From positions 1-60,342 of the forward strand of contig JAJZJU010000001.1 in NCBI GenBank assembly GCA_021809895.1: DNA of 60,342 bases. The letters are read 5' to 3'. Positions within the stretch are counted from its first letter, which is position 1. Each line of letters begins with the position of its first letter. Shown here one piece after another: positions 1 to 9,587 of the stretch. Below the pieces are notes generated by a model, which made no database searches, was not told the origin of the DNA, and was given only the letters and a program-made list of their open reading frames with translations. The position numbers and the translations under genes are program-made. Source of the stretch: a bacterium (GTDB taxonomy: Bacteria > Chloroflexota > Dormibacteria > Aeolococcales > Bog-877).

Positions 1-825
1 GCCGGTGTTGAGGAGCAGGAAGTTGCCCGTCCCATAGGTGTTCTTGGCCTCACCCACGGAGTAGCAGGTCTGCCCGAAGATGGCCGCCTGCTGGTCCCCG
101 AGGTCGCTCGCCACCTCCACTCCCGAAAGCGGATAGACGCACTTCCCGTAGACCGCACTGGAGGGCCGGATCTCCGGCAGCATCGCCTTGGGAATCCCCA
201 GGATCCCCAGGATCTCGTCATCCCACTGGAGGGTCTTGAGGTCCATAAGCATGGTCCGGCTGGCGTTGGTGACATCGGTGATGTGAAGCCCGCCGTTGAC
301 CCCCCCGGTGAGGTTCCAGAGGCACCAGCTGTCGACGTTGCCGAAGACCACCTCACCACGCTCGGCACGCTCCCGCACCCCCGGCACGTTCTCCAGGATC
401 CACTTCACCTTGGGCCCCGAGAAGTAGGTAGCTAGAGGCAGCCCCACCTTCTCGCGGAAACGATCCTGGCCGCCCTGCTGGGACAGCTCATTGCAGATGG
501 TGTCGGTCCTGGTGTCCTGCCAGACGATCGCGTTGTGAACCGGCTTGCCGGTGGTCCTGTCCCAGACGACCGCGGTCTCACGCTGGTTGGTTATGCCCAC
601 AGCGGCCAGCTCGGAGGCCGTGCAGCCGGCCTTCTTGAGCGCCCCGGCTATCACCTCCTGGGTCCGCTGCCAGATCTCCATCGCGTCGTGCTCCACCCAG
701 CCCGGCTTGGGAAAGATCTGCTCGTGCTCCTTCTGGTCCACGGCCACCACCCCCCCGGAGTGGTCGAAGATCATGAACCGGGTGCTGGTGGTTCCCTGGT
801 CGAGCGCCCCCACGTACTTGGCCAT
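1..825 (-). CDS. glpK: glycerol kinase, N-terminal ~275 codons (3' end lies beyond window start)
   Basis: Not in the ORF track because it runs off the window. My translation of the minus strand from ATG 825-823 gives [58 protein letters not shown]...[12 protein letters not shown], a typical FGGY glycerol kinase N-terminus. GGGAGG RBS at 838-833. Confidence 0.9.
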   Translation of the reverse strand, partial: MAKYVGALDQGTTSTRFMIFDHSGGVVAVDQKEHEQIFPKPGWVEHDAMEIWQRTQEVIAGALKKAGCTASELAAVGITNQRETAVVWDRTTGKPVHNAIVWQDTRTDTICNELSQQGGQDRFREKVGLPLATYFSGPKVKWILENVPGVRERAERGEVVFGNVDSWCLWNLTGGVNGGLHITDVTNASRTMLMDLKTLQWDDEILGILGIPKAMLPEIRPSSAVYGKCVYPLSGVEVASDLGDQQAAIFGQTCYSVGEAKNTYGTGNFLLLNTG

Positions 826-883
826 TTCGATGCCTCCCAATCGACTTGCTCGTCGAGGTCGTCGCTCCCAGCGCCCCGATCAA

Positions 884-1525
884 CTAATTACTGCCGGTCG
901 CGAACGCCTCCCGCGCCGCTCGCATCAGCATCCAGGACGAGGTCGCCCCCGGGTCCTGATGTCCCGCGCTGCGGTCTCCCAGATAGCTGGCTCGCCCTCG
1001 GTGAGCCACCATGGGGATGGTGTCCAGTGCCCCCTGGTGGGCGGCCTCCTCGGCGGCCTGCAACGCCATATCGAATTCGTCTCCCGCCGCCAGCCCGCTG
1101 GCCAGCGCCTGGCTGGCCGGAAGCAGAGCGTCCACCATGGTCTTGTCCCTGGGCTCAGCGCGCCCCCTGGACATGACCGCTGCGACAGCGGTGGTGAGTG
1201 CCTCCGACCAGTCCTGGGGCTCCACCGACTCCTTTGCCTTCAGGTTGGTGCCCAGCTGCAGGAAGAGGGTTCCGTAGAGGGGCCCGCTGGCACCTCCGAC
1301 GGTGGAGATCAGGGTCATCGCCACCGTCCGGAACAGGTCCGCGACCGTGCCATTGGGGAGCGCCTCGACCTTGGGCAGCACCGCGCGCATGCCCCGGTCC
1401 ATGTTGATCCCGTGATCCCCGTCTCCGATCGCGGAGTCGAGCTCGGTCAGATACTCCTTGTCAGCGGCTATCGCCTCCTGGAACTTGGAGACGAACGCTC
1501 TGGCCTGTTCGAAGGTGACACTCAA
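884..1525 (-). CDS. dhaL: dihydroxyacetone kinase subunit L (ADP-binding)
   Basis: 213 aa ORF with DSAIGDGDHGINMDRG motif and Dak2-like helical composition. Lies directly downstream of dhaK. Confidence 0.85.
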   Translation of the reverse strand: MSVTFEQARAFVSKFQEAIAADKEYLTELDSAIGDGDHGINMDRGMRAVLPKVEALPNGTVADLFRTVAMTLISTVGGASGPLYGTLFLQLGTNLKAKESVEPQDWSEALTTAVAAVMSRGRAEPRDKTMVDALLPASQALASGLAAGDEFDMALQAAEEAAHQGALDTIPMVAHRGRASYLGDRSAGHQDPGATSSWMLMRAAREAFATGSN

Positions 1526-1562
1526 CTCAACTCCTCCGGCTCTCGGGCTCCAATGTCGGCCC

Positions 1563-2564
1563 TCACACTCCCCAGCGTAGACCCGGAGTGTTGACCGGAG
1601 CGTCCCAGTACTGGGTCATCTCCCGATCAAGCCGGAGCAGGGTGATCGAGCACCCCGCCATCTCCAAAGAGGTGATGTAGGACCCGATGAGGTTGCGCTC
1701 GATCGCGATCCCCTTGCCCTTCAGGAACCGGTCCAAAGCCCGGTAGACGATGTAAAGCTCGAGCAGGGGGGTGCCCCCCATGCCATTGACAAAGGCGAGC
1801 ACCGAGTCGCCGGACCGAAAGGGCAGATCATCGGTGACGGCAGCGGCCATGAGCTCCACGATCTCGTCGGCCGGACCCATCTTGCGACGCTCCCTCCCGG
1901 GCTCGCCGTGGATGCCGATCCCGATCTCCATCTCGTCCTCGCCCAGGTCGAAGGTGGGCTTGCCAGCCGCCGGGACCGTGCAGGAGGTGAGGGCCACGCC
2001 CATGGTCCTGCCCTGCTGGTTCACCCTGCGGCAGAGATCCGCCACCTCCGCCAGTGACCGCCCCGCCTCCGCCGCCGCTCCGCAGATCTTCTCCGCGAGC
2101 ACGGTCACCCCGACCCCACGGCGGCCGGCGGTGTAGAGGCTGTCCTGGACGGCGACGTCGTCGTTGGTGATAACCGCCTCCACCTCTATCCCCTCCTCCT
2201 TGGCGAGATCCGCCGCCATCTCGAAATTGAGGATGTCCCCGGTGTAGTTCTTGACTATGTGCAACACCCCCGACCCGCCGCTGACGGCCTTGGTGGCAGC
2301 CAGGATCTGGTCCGGGGTCGGGGAGGTGAACACCTCCCCGGGGCACGCGGCCGACAGCATGCCCATTCCCACGAAGCCTCCGTGCATCGGCTCGTGCCCC
2401 GAGCCACCGCCTGAGACCACGGCCACCTTGCCCGCCACGGGGGCGTCGGCCCGCATCACGTAGTACGGGTCCAGAGATACCTTGACCCGGTCCGAGTGAG
2501 CAGCGGCGATCCCCTCGAGCTCCTCGCGGACCACGTTCTCCGGGTTGTTGATCAGCTTCTTCAT
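1563..2564 (-). CDS. dhaK: dihydroxyacetone kinase subunit K (DHA-binding)
   Basis: 333 aa [16 protein letters not shown]-terminus and [18 protein letters not shown] motif of the Dak1 domain. Confidence 0.9.
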   Translation of the reverse strand: MKKLINNPENVVREELEGIAAAHSDRVKVSLDPYYVMRADAPVAGKVAVVSGGGSGHEPMHGGFVGMGMLSAACPGEVFTSPTPDQILAATKAVSGGSGVLHIVKNYTGDILNFEMAADLAKEEGIEVEAVITNDDVAVQDSLYTAGRRGVGVTVLAEKICGAAAEAGRSLAEVADLCRRVNQQGRTMGVALTSCTVPAAGKPTFDLGEDEMEIGIGIHGEPGRERRKMGPADEIVELMAAAVTDDLPFRSGDSVLAFVNGMGGTPLLELYIVYRALDRFLKGKGIAIERNLIGSYITSLEMAGCSITLLRLDREMTQYWDAPVNTPGLRWGV

Positions 2565-2574
2565 GACTCCATCC

Positions 2575-3522
2575 CTATTCCGTGGAGACCGCCCGACCCG
2601 CCTCGGGCTCTTCGTGGGTCCTCAGACGAGCGGCCAGAACGTCGCCGATGAACCAGTCGTAGAGAAGCACCCCGACCACACCCCCGATCAGGGGCCCGGC
2701 GATCGGGATCCAGAAGTAGTTGGCGAAATGGAAAGCTCCCGAGCTGAAGGTGCCAGGGAAGGCGGTCTTGCCCCATCCGAACAGCCAGGCAACCATGCGC
2801 GGGCCGAAGTCCCGAGCCGGGTTGATCGCGTAGCCAGCGTTGGTGCCGTACGACATGCCGATGGCTCCGACCGCAGCCCCGACCATCCATGGGCCGAGGT
2901 TCCCCTGCGGGGCCACGCCGTTGCGGCCATCGGTGAGCGCCAGCACGAAGATGAGCAGAAAGGCGGTGCCCACGATCTGGTCGACCAATGGGCCTAGGAC
3001 ACTCCCGTGAAAGTAGGCAGCCGGGAAGGTGGCGAATATCGAGTAGGTCGCCAGCGCGGTTCCCTGTTGAGGAACTGCCTTGGCGGCCAGGTCGAAGGCT
3101 TGGATGGCGGGGCCGTAGACCATGTACACGATCAGGGCGCCGAAGATGGCTCCCACCAGCTCAGCCGCCCAGTAGGGAAGGACCTTGCTCCAGGGAAAGC
3201 GGCGCCGGACAGCGAGCCCGAGGGTGACCGCCGGGTTCAGGTGTGCTCCGCTCACACCGCCGGCCACGTAGACCGCCATCGCCACCGCGAACATCCAGCC
3301 GAAAGTGATGAGCAACCAGCCCCCGACGCCGGTGAAGATCGTGGTGGGCGACGAGGTCCGGCCAGACCCTGGAAGGCCCGCCACCGCCACCGCCACCACG
3401 CCGTCCCCGAATGCCAGCAGCACCATGGTCCCGAAGAACTCTGAGCTGAGCTCCCCCAACAGGCCGCTCAGCCCGAACATCGAGCGGCCCTCGCCGTGCA
3501 GTGGTTTGATCTCGGTAGCCAT
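2575..3522 (-). CDS. glpF: aquaglyceroporin / glycerol uptake facilitator (MIP family)
   Basis: Two NPA boxes ([20 protein letters not shown]). Start moved from track 3645 to ATG 3522 (MATEIKP...), which follows GGAGG at 3531-3527. Confidence 0.85.
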   Translation of the reverse strand: MATEIKPLHGEGRSMFGLSGLLGELSSEFFGTMVLLAFGDGVVAVAVAGLPGSGRTSSPTTIFTGVGGWLLITFGWMFAVAMAVYVAGGVSGAHLNPAVTLGLAVRRRFPWSKVLPYWAAELVGAIFGALIVYMVYGPAIQAFDLAAKAVPQQGTALATYSIFATFPAAYFHGSVLGPLVDQIVGTAFLLIFVLALTDGRNGVAPQGNLGPWMVGAAVGAIGMSYGTNAGYAINPARDFGPRMVAWLFGWGKTAFPGTFSSGAFHFANYFWIPIAGPLIGGVVGVLLYDWFIGDVLAARLRTHEEPEAGRAVSTE

Positions 3523-3867
3523 ATCCCCTCCTAATCTGAACCGGCCCCTCTGCACTCCAGAGCCCGAGGTGGCGGCCACACCTGGTGCCGGTAGCTCCCC
3601 GCTCAAATTTCCGGTGCCGCGGCGAATCCTAGTACCAGCTCTCATGCCTCGTCAACCACCTGTGGTAAATACCCGACCACCCCAGGGGTAACTACCTGGC
3701 TACCAGAAGCGCGGCAGCCAATCGTCGTGGTTTACGAGATCAGAAGGGCGCAGGCTTCAGGTTGAGTCACATCCCAATGTCGGAAACGCAACTCCTGGGG
3801 TCATGGCCGCGTGGGGCTCGTCGGCAGCCCGCGAGGGTCCTCCCGACGACCGGAAGGACCCTGGAAG

Positions 3868-4557
3868 TCAGACCGCCCCGGGAGATGTGGGAGCGGGTCC
3901 CCTCCTGGGCTGCTGGGTTGACTGCGGCCCCCCGGCGGCTTGGTCTTCGGACTCGGAGCCATCATCGCCGTGCAGCTGGAAACGGTACTGGGCCCAGACG
4001 GCGTGGACCCGCTGCAGCGCGGTGGCGTTGGTGGCTATGGCCAGAATCCAAAGGACGATCGTCATCTGGTTCACCAGCAGCCCAGCCGCGGTGATCACGA
4101 CCCGCTCCGGGCGGGCGAACCAACCCACGTCGCAGGTGAACCCCAGCGACTGAGCCCTGGCTCTCACGTAACTGACAAGGAGCGACCCCAGCAGAGCGGC
4201 CGCGATGAGGAAGACCTGGAGGTCCTGATGATTCCGCATTAAAAAGAAATAGAGGAGTCCCAGGTAGACGATCCCCTCGCCGTAACGGTCTGCGGTCGAA
4301 TCCAGGAAGGCGCCATAGCGATGGGTCTTCCCCGAGGCCCGGGCCACCGCGCCATCCAGGATGTCGAAGGACCCGGCCAAGAGCATCACCAGGCCGGCGG
4401 GCAGCAGCAGCCCGAGCGCTATCAACACCGCCGCCCCGGCGGTGATCAATAGCCCCACCAGGGTGAGCACATTGGGGCTCACCCTCACCAGCTGAGCCGC
4501 GCTGGCGAAGCGCTGGGCGCCGGCCCTAACGGATTTCTGTAGCAGTCTGCTGAACAA
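3868..4557 (-). CDS. pgsA: CDP-alcohol phosphatidyltransferase, probable phosphatidylinositol-phosphate synthase
   Basis: DILDGAVARASGKTHRYGAFLDSTADRYGE fits the D-x2-DG-x2-AR...G-x3-D-x3-D motif. Multi-TM protein. Context with pimA-like and ino1 genes. TTG start at 4557 overlaps the pimA-like 3' end by 32 nt, so the start is uncertain. Confidence 0.75.
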   Translation of the reverse strand: MFSRLLQKSVRAGAQRFASAAQLVRVSPNVLTLVGLLITAGAAVLIALGLLLPAGLVMLLAGSFDILDGAVARASGKTHRYGAFLDSTADRYGEGIVYLGLLYFFLMRNHQDLQVFLIAAALLGSLLVSYVRARAQSLGFTCDVGWFARPERVVITAAGLLVNQMTIVLWILAIATNATALQRVHAVWAQYRFQLHGDDGSESEDQAAGGPQSTQQPRRGPAPTSPGAV

Positions 4558-5695
4558 CTGAGCTCACCTCCTCCTGGGAGTGCTTGGCCAGGGCCCGCGT
4601 GTAGACGCGATACACCCTGTCGGCCACCAGTGGCCAGGCGTACCCCTGCGCCGAGGCCGTGCCCGCCCGCCCCATCTCCTGCCGCTTCTCGGGATGGTCC
4701 AACAGGAAGCTGAGCGCCGAGGCCATCGCGCCATCGTTGCCGGGCGGCACCAGAATCCCCTCCCTGCCATCGGTAAGTACCTGACGGAAGCCATCTATCG
4801 CGGTGGCGACCACCGGCGTGCCAGACGCCATCGCCTCGAGCAGGATCACCCCGAACGACTCCTTGCCGGTGTTGGGGGCACAGTAGATGTCGGCGGCCGT
4901 GAAGTACCCTGGCTTCGCCTCCTCCGGGATGAAGCCCATGAAGCGGACATCGGGGATCCCCTCCTCCTCCACCCGGCGTTCATAGCCCCGGCGCAAGGCG
5001 CCATCGCCAACCACCACCAGCTGACAGTCAGCGCGGACCTGGCGCAGGAGTTGGTAGGCGTCGAGCAGGGTGGATAGTCCCTTGCGCTCCTCCAGGCGCC
5101 CCAGAAAGAGGATGGTGCGGCGGCGGGGGTGGGTGATCCCCTCCGCGGGAGGAGTCTGGGGGCGGTAGAAGGTGGGGTCGATGCCGTTGGGGATCACCGT
5201 GTACTCGGCCGGGAAGTACCGCGACACGAAGGCCCGCGCCGGCTCAGAGACCGCGATGCACTCGTCCAGCCGCCGGAACTGGCGGCGCAGGATCGGCCGG
5301 CCGTAGTAGTAGCCCAGGTTCTGGCGCGCGTAGGCGTGGAAGGTGCCGACCGTGGCCGCGGTCCGGTTGAGGCGCAGCACGTTCACCGGCAGAGCGGGCA
5401 TCAGGGGCTCGTGAATGTGGACCACGTCGAACCGCTCCTTCTCCAGCACCTCACGGATGCGCCGCGACAGATGGAACGAGAGCGAGATCCGCGCCACCGA
5501 GCCGTTGGCCGGGACTGGGATGGGGCGCCCCAGGGCGATCAGGTCCGGAACCGGGTCCTGGCGAGACCCGGCGTAGGGGGCGATGACGGTGACCGCAAGG
5601 CCCCGCGAGCGCAGTTCCGAGGAGAGATGACGAACGTGCTCCCCCACCCCTCCTGGGCGGCGGTAGTCGTAGGGAGAGACCATGGCCACCTTCAT
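4526..5695 (-). CDS. pimA: GT4 glycosyltransferase, PimA-like phosphatidylinositol mannosyltransferase
   Basis: MKVAMVSPYDYRRPGGVGEHVRHL N-terminus and ESFGVILLEAMASGTPVV motif. Start set to ATG 5695, which forms an ATGA overlap with the upstream stop (5692-5694). Confidence 0.75.
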   Translation of the reverse strand: MKVAMVSPYDYRRPGGVGEHVRHLSSELRSRGLAVTVIAPYAGSRQDPVPDLIALGRPIPVPANGSVARISLSFHLSRRIREVLEKERFDVVHIHEPLMPALPVNVLRLNRTAATVGTFHAYARQNLGYYYGRPILRRQFRRLDECIAVSEPARAFVSRYFPAEYTVIPNGIDPTFYRPQTPPAEGITHPRRRTILFLGRLEERKGLSTLLDAYQLLRQVRADCQLVVVGDGALRRGYERRVEEEGIPDVRFMGFIPEEAKPGYFTAADIYCAPNTGKESFGVILLEAMASGTPVVATAIDGFRQVLTDGREGILVPPGNDGAMASALSFLLDHPEKRQEMGRAGTASAQGYAWPLVADRVYRVYTRALAKHSQEEVSSVVQQTATEIR

Positions 5696-6759
5696 CGCAT
5701 AGGCACCTCGTCGCCGGGAGGCACGTTCCCGATGGACTCGGCAGCCGTCATGGGCGGTCCGAAGAGCGGTTGCATCACGTGCCACTGATCGGGATGGCTG
5801 CGCAGGGCGGGCTCCAGCACCTGCAGCAACTCCTGCGCCGATCGCCGGAGGCTGTTCCCGCGGTCATCAGGGACCGTGACCCGCACCGGAGGAAATGCCC
5901 GGCAGAGATAGTTGTCCTTGTGGTCCCGAACCAACGAGACGGGCAGGATGGCGGCCCCGGTCCGGGCTGCTATCTCGACAGCGCCCAGAGGGATCGAGGC
6001 CTGCCGGCCCAGGAACGGCACTGACTCCCCGGTCCCCAGCAGGTCGCGGTCTATCGCCATGACCACGACCCCGTTCTGGGATAGGACGCGGTAGATCTGG
6101 CGCACGGCGGCGGCTCCGGAGCGGTGCACCGCCACCTGGTCGCCCCTGCGGGCCGCGTCGACATTGAGGGGGATGACCTGGCAACCGACACTGGCCCGAG
6201 TGCGGACCAGCCAGTTGAAGCAGCGGATGGGACGAACCTGCTCAGCCAGCAACGCCAGGCCGGCCCCCTGGGAGACGAACTTCTCCCTAAGGGCTGCGAT
6301 GGCGGCCTCCCAGGAGCCCAGGTGGAGGCTGACGATGATCACACCCTTGCCCTGGGCCCAAGCCTCGTCAAGATATCTCTCGTCCTGCAGGCGCAGCCAG
6401 GGCGACCACGCCTCGAGGGGGCGGTGGGCCATCTGCAGCACGTCGATCCACGCCTTCAGGAAGTTGCGGACATTGCTCCGCAGCAGACGCCTCATATCCC
6501 GTCTGCCCAGGTCCGGCCGGATCACCATCAGGTTGGTGCGCAGGCCATCCCAGTGAGAGGGCCAGCAGGCCACCAAAAAGGTGGCCAAGGGGCCGGTGAC
6601 CGAGTAGGCGGCTCGGCGGCTGACGGTCCTCAGCGCCAACTCTCCCAGCCTCAGGCCGACGTAAGGGAGCCACGACTCCCGGGCATCGGGGGTCGGAGCG
6701 CCGGCGGGTGCAACGGCACATTTGGAACGAGATAAGCGGCGAGGGCGGAGCACGGCCAT
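5692..6759 (-). CDS. lysophospholipid (LpxL/HtrB-type) acyltransferase, PIM acyltransferase-like, copy 2
   Basis: LPLAT-like sequence (…NVRNFLKAWIDVLQM…VIIVSLHLGSWEAA…). Start set to ATG 6759, which gives a TGATG 1-nt overlap with the upstream paralog's stop. Confidence 0.65.
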   Translation of the reverse strand: MAVLRPRRLSRSKCAVAPAGAPTPDARESWLPYVGLRLGELALRTVSRRAAYSVTGPLATFLVACWPSHWDGLRTNLMVIRPDLGRRDMRRLLRSNVRNFLKAWIDVLQMAHRPLEAWSPWLRLQDERYLDEAWAQGKGVIIVSLHLGSWEAAIAALREKFVSQGAGLALLAEQVRPIRCFNWLVRTRASVGCQVIPLNVDAARRGDQVAVHRSGAAAVRQIYRVLSQNGVVVMAIDRDLLGTGESVPFLGRQASIPLGAVEIAARTGAAILPVSLVRDHKDNYLCRAFPPVRVTVPDDRGNSLRRSAQELLQVLEPALRSHPDQWHVMQPLFGPPMTAAESIGNVPPGDEVPMR

Positions 6760-7790
6760 CAGCTGTGCCCCAGCCCTGGCAGGCCCTGGACCAGGTGGTG
6801 GAAGGCGAACCATTGAGCGGGGTCGAGCCGGATCATGGACTCGAACGATCTCGCCACTGCCTGGGTCATCTCCTGGACCCTGGCCTCGGGAGCTGCCGGA
6901 CCGGGGGCCGGGATCGGGTCCCACAGGACCGCTTCGTGGCCACGGCCAGGAACCCTGCGCACATAGCCGGGGATGAGGGCCGCGCCCGTCCGCAGAGCCA
7001 GCGTGGCGGGGCCAGCCGGCAAGTAGACCGATCGGCCCAGGAACTGGACCGCTGCACCGGCACCGGACTTGTCGATGTCCGCAGCCAGACAGAGAACATC
7101 TCCCCGGCGCAGGGCACGGAGCGCCTCTCTGGCACTGGCGGACCCGGTCGGGATGATCCGGACCCCCAGCCGCTCTCGCATGGATCGCACCAAATCGTCC
7201 ACCGCGGGCGGCCCGAATTGGTCGGCCACGGCGTGCACCTGGCGTCCGCAGGTGGTCGTGACCGCCGCCCCCAGATCCCAGTTCCCGAAATGCGGAGTGA
7301 CCACGATGGCTCCCCGACCCAGGGCCAGCGCTCGCCGCAGCGGCTCGGTGATCGGCGGCGGGTCGGCCCTCACCACCGCTGCCATCAGGTCCTCCAGAAC
7401 CAGGAAGTCCATCACGGTGCGGGCATAGTTCATGAACGCCAGGCGGGTGAGCCGGGCCGCCGCGCGGTGGTTGCCTTGGGTGAAGACCAGATAGTTCTCA
7501 GCGGCGATGGCGGCGCGCTGCCGCAGCAAGATGTGGGCCGCGTTGCCACCGACATCGGCCAGCCAGTAACGAGTCGGATCAGGCAGGCGGCAAGTTACCC
7601 AAGTCGCGGCTCGAAGCCCGACTGCCAGGTGCACGCCGCGCCGCCTCCAGCCCAGAGGAGATGGCCCAGACCCGCTGGTCCGGGCCATCTCCGCGCGCTC
7701 CTCCAAGGCGCCCCCCTCGACACCCTCTGCCGAAATCACGTCCATCTCGGGCACAGGCACTGCTGCCGCACCTTCTGCGGCCCCAACCAC
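6759..7790 (-). CDS. lysophospholipid (LpxL/HtrB-type) acyltransferase, PIM acyltransferase-like, copy 1
   Basis: 343 aa ORF with the same family features (…AIVVTPHFGNWDLGAA…). The true start may lie downstream of 7790. Confidence 0.6.
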   Translation of the reverse strand: MVGAAEGAAAVPVPEMDVISAEGVEGGALEERAEMARTSGSGPSPLGWRRRGVHLAVGLRAATWVTCRLPDPTRYWLADVGGNAAHILLRQRAAIAAENYLVFTQGNHRAAARLTRLAFMNYARTVMDFLVLEDLMAAVVRADPPPITEPLRRALALGRGAIVVTPHFGNWDLGAAVTTTCGRQVHAVADQFGPPAVDDLVRSMRERLGVRIIPTGSASAREALRALRRGDVLCLAADIDKSGAGAAVQFLGRSVYLPAGPATLALRTGAALIPGYVRRVPGRGHEAVLWDPIPAPGPAAPEARVQEMTQAVARSFESMIRLDPAQWFAFHHLVQGLPGLGHS

Positions 7791-7793
7791 CCG

Positions 7794-8981
7794 CTAGGCT
7801 TGGCTGCTGACCGGGGTTTGATCGGCAGCCGTGACCCGCGCTGGGTCAGGAACAGCCGGGGAGCGGCGCTGAACCGGGGACTCCGGGTCGCTGATGCAGG
7901 CGGCTCCGACCTTGCCCTCAATGAAGAGCTCGGTGAGCTCATGTGCGCGCTCATCCGAGACCTGGAAGGCCGGTGACTTCATGAAATAGGAGGATGGTCC
8001 CTCAAGCGCTCCACTCAGGCCCCGGTCGAGCCCGAGCTTGCAACAGCGGACGGCATCGATGACGATACCGGCGGAGTTCGGGGAGTCGTGGACCTCCAGC
8101 TTCAGGTCCACCGAGAGGGGAACCTCACCAAAGGCCTTGCCCTCCATCCGGATGTGCGCCCACTTGCGATCCTTGAGCCAGGGCACGTAATCGCTGGGCC
8201 CGATGTGGACATCCTCGGCGGCCACCTCGTGCTGCATCTGGGAGAGCACCGAGTTGGTCTTGGAGATCTTCTTGCTGACCAAGCGGTCCCGCTCCAGCAT
8301 GTTGAGGAAGTCTGTGTTACCGCCGAAGTTGAGCTGGTAGGTGTGCTCCAGCTTGATCCCGCGCTCCTGAAAGAGCCGGGTCAGGACGCGGTGGATGATG
8401 GTGGACCCAACCTGGGACTTGATGTCGTCCCCGATGATCGGCAGCCCGCGCTCCTCGAAGCGCTGGCGCCAGTACTGTTCCCGGCCTATGAACACCGGCA
8501 TGCAGTTCACCATGGCGCAACCCGCCTCGAGGATCTGCTCCGTGTACCACTTGGTGGCCATCTCTGATCCCACCGGCAGGTAGTTCACCACCACGTCCGT
8601 CCCGGTGTCCTTGAGGATCTTGACGATGTCGGCGGTCGGTCCCGGGGCCTTCACGATCACCTCAGAGAGGTACTTGCCCAGGCCGTCGTGGGTCATCCCG
8701 CGATGGACCGGCACACCCAGACTGCCCACCTCGGCGAACTTGACAGTGTTGTTCTGGCCCCGCCAGATCGCCTCGCCTAGGTCGTAGCCCACCTTCTCCT
8801 TGTCGATGTCGAAGGCGGCCGAGAACTCGATGTCATTGACGTGGTAGCCGCCCAAGTTCACATGCATGAGCCCGGGCACGTAGTCCTCAGCCCGAGCGTT
8901 GCGGTAGAACTCCACTCCCTGGATCAGGGAGGAGGCACAGTTGCCGACCCCGATGATCGCGACACGGACCTTGCTGCTCAT
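7794..8981 (-). CDS. ino1: myo-inositol-1-phosphate synthase
   Basis: 395 aa. [28 protein letters not shown] Rossmann N-terminus and full-length resemblance to actinobacterial/archaeal MIPS. About 30 aa Pro-rich C-terminal extension. Confidence 0.9.
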   Translation of the reverse strand: MSSKVRVAIIGVGNCASSLIQGVEFYRNARAEDYVPGLMHVNLGGYHVNDIEFSAAFDIDKEKVGYDLGEAIWRGQNNTVKFAEVGSLGVPVHRGMTHDGLGKYLSEVIVKAPGPTADIVKILKDTGTDVVVNYLPVGSEMATKWYTEQILEAGCAMVNCMPVFIGREQYWRQRFEERGLPIIGDDIKSQVGSTIIHRVLTRLFQERGIKLEHTYQLNFGGNTDFLNMLERDRLVSKKISKTNSVLSQMQHEVAAEDVHIGPSDYVPWLKDRKWAHIRMEGKAFGEVPLSVDLKLEVHDSPNSAGIVIDAVRCCKLGLDRGLSGALEGPSSYFMKSPAFQVSDERAHELTELFIEGKVGAACISDPESPVQRRSPAVPDPARVTAADQTPVSSQA

Positions 8982-9425
8982 CTAGATGACCTCCGGAAGC
9001 GTGCGCTCCCGGCCGGAGCTGGGAAGCGGTTGGTTGACGGCATCGGCCGCGCCCACGGGGGCAACGGCATCGGCTCTGACTTCTGTCTCGCCGCCCAGCA
9101 GCGCCGCAAAGCGCTGCAGGCTGGCGGCGATGGAGTCGCGGTCCAGGCGACAGAAGACCTCGCGCCCTTCCCGCTTGGTGACCACGATTCTGGCCCGCCG
9201 CAACAGCCGCAGGTGCCAGGACATCCGGGGCTGGCTTATCCCCAGCAGCAGGGCGACATCTGAGACCCTCGCCTCCTTGACCTGGGCCAGACGGGACAGG
9301 ATCCGCAGCCTGGTCGGGTTGCCCAATCCCTCGAAGTAGGCGGCCAGCTCCCACTCGGCCGGCGAGGCGCCCGACAGCACGTGGCGCAGCGGGTGAAGCT
9401 CGTCAGGAGGGGCGGTCGAAGTCAC
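8982..9425 (-). CDS. ArsR/SmtB-family winged-helix transcriptional regulator
   Basis: NPTRLRILSRLAQVKEARVSDVALLLGISQPRMSWHLRLLRRARIV HTH signature. GTG start. Its stop abuts the ino1 start. Confidence 0.8.
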   Translation of the reverse strand: MTSTAPPDELHPLRHVLSGASPAEWELAAYFEGLGNPTRLRILSRLAQVKEARVSDVALLLGISQPRMSWHLRLLRRARIVVTKREGREVFCRLDRDSIAASLQRFAALLGGETEVRADAVAPVGAADAVNQPLPSSGRERTLPEVI

Positions 9426-9587
9426 TTAAACAATCCTTTCATAAAGACCTGCTTATGCATCCTAGCTCCTGGACGCCCGGCCGTCAAGGCGGCAGTTGGA
9501 CGCCGCAGCGATGGTGCCGATCCGATGGCCGATGGGCCCACGGCGGAGCATGGGCTGCCTATCCAGACCGCCACGTTGCCCGATGAC

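Noticed and set aside
545-1594. 349-aa plus-strand ORF (and the 535-1176 ORF) across the glpK/dhaL region
   Set aside because: It is antisense to clearly recognisable glpK and dhaL. The composition is Arg/Pro/Ser-rich, a typical high-GC shadow ORF.
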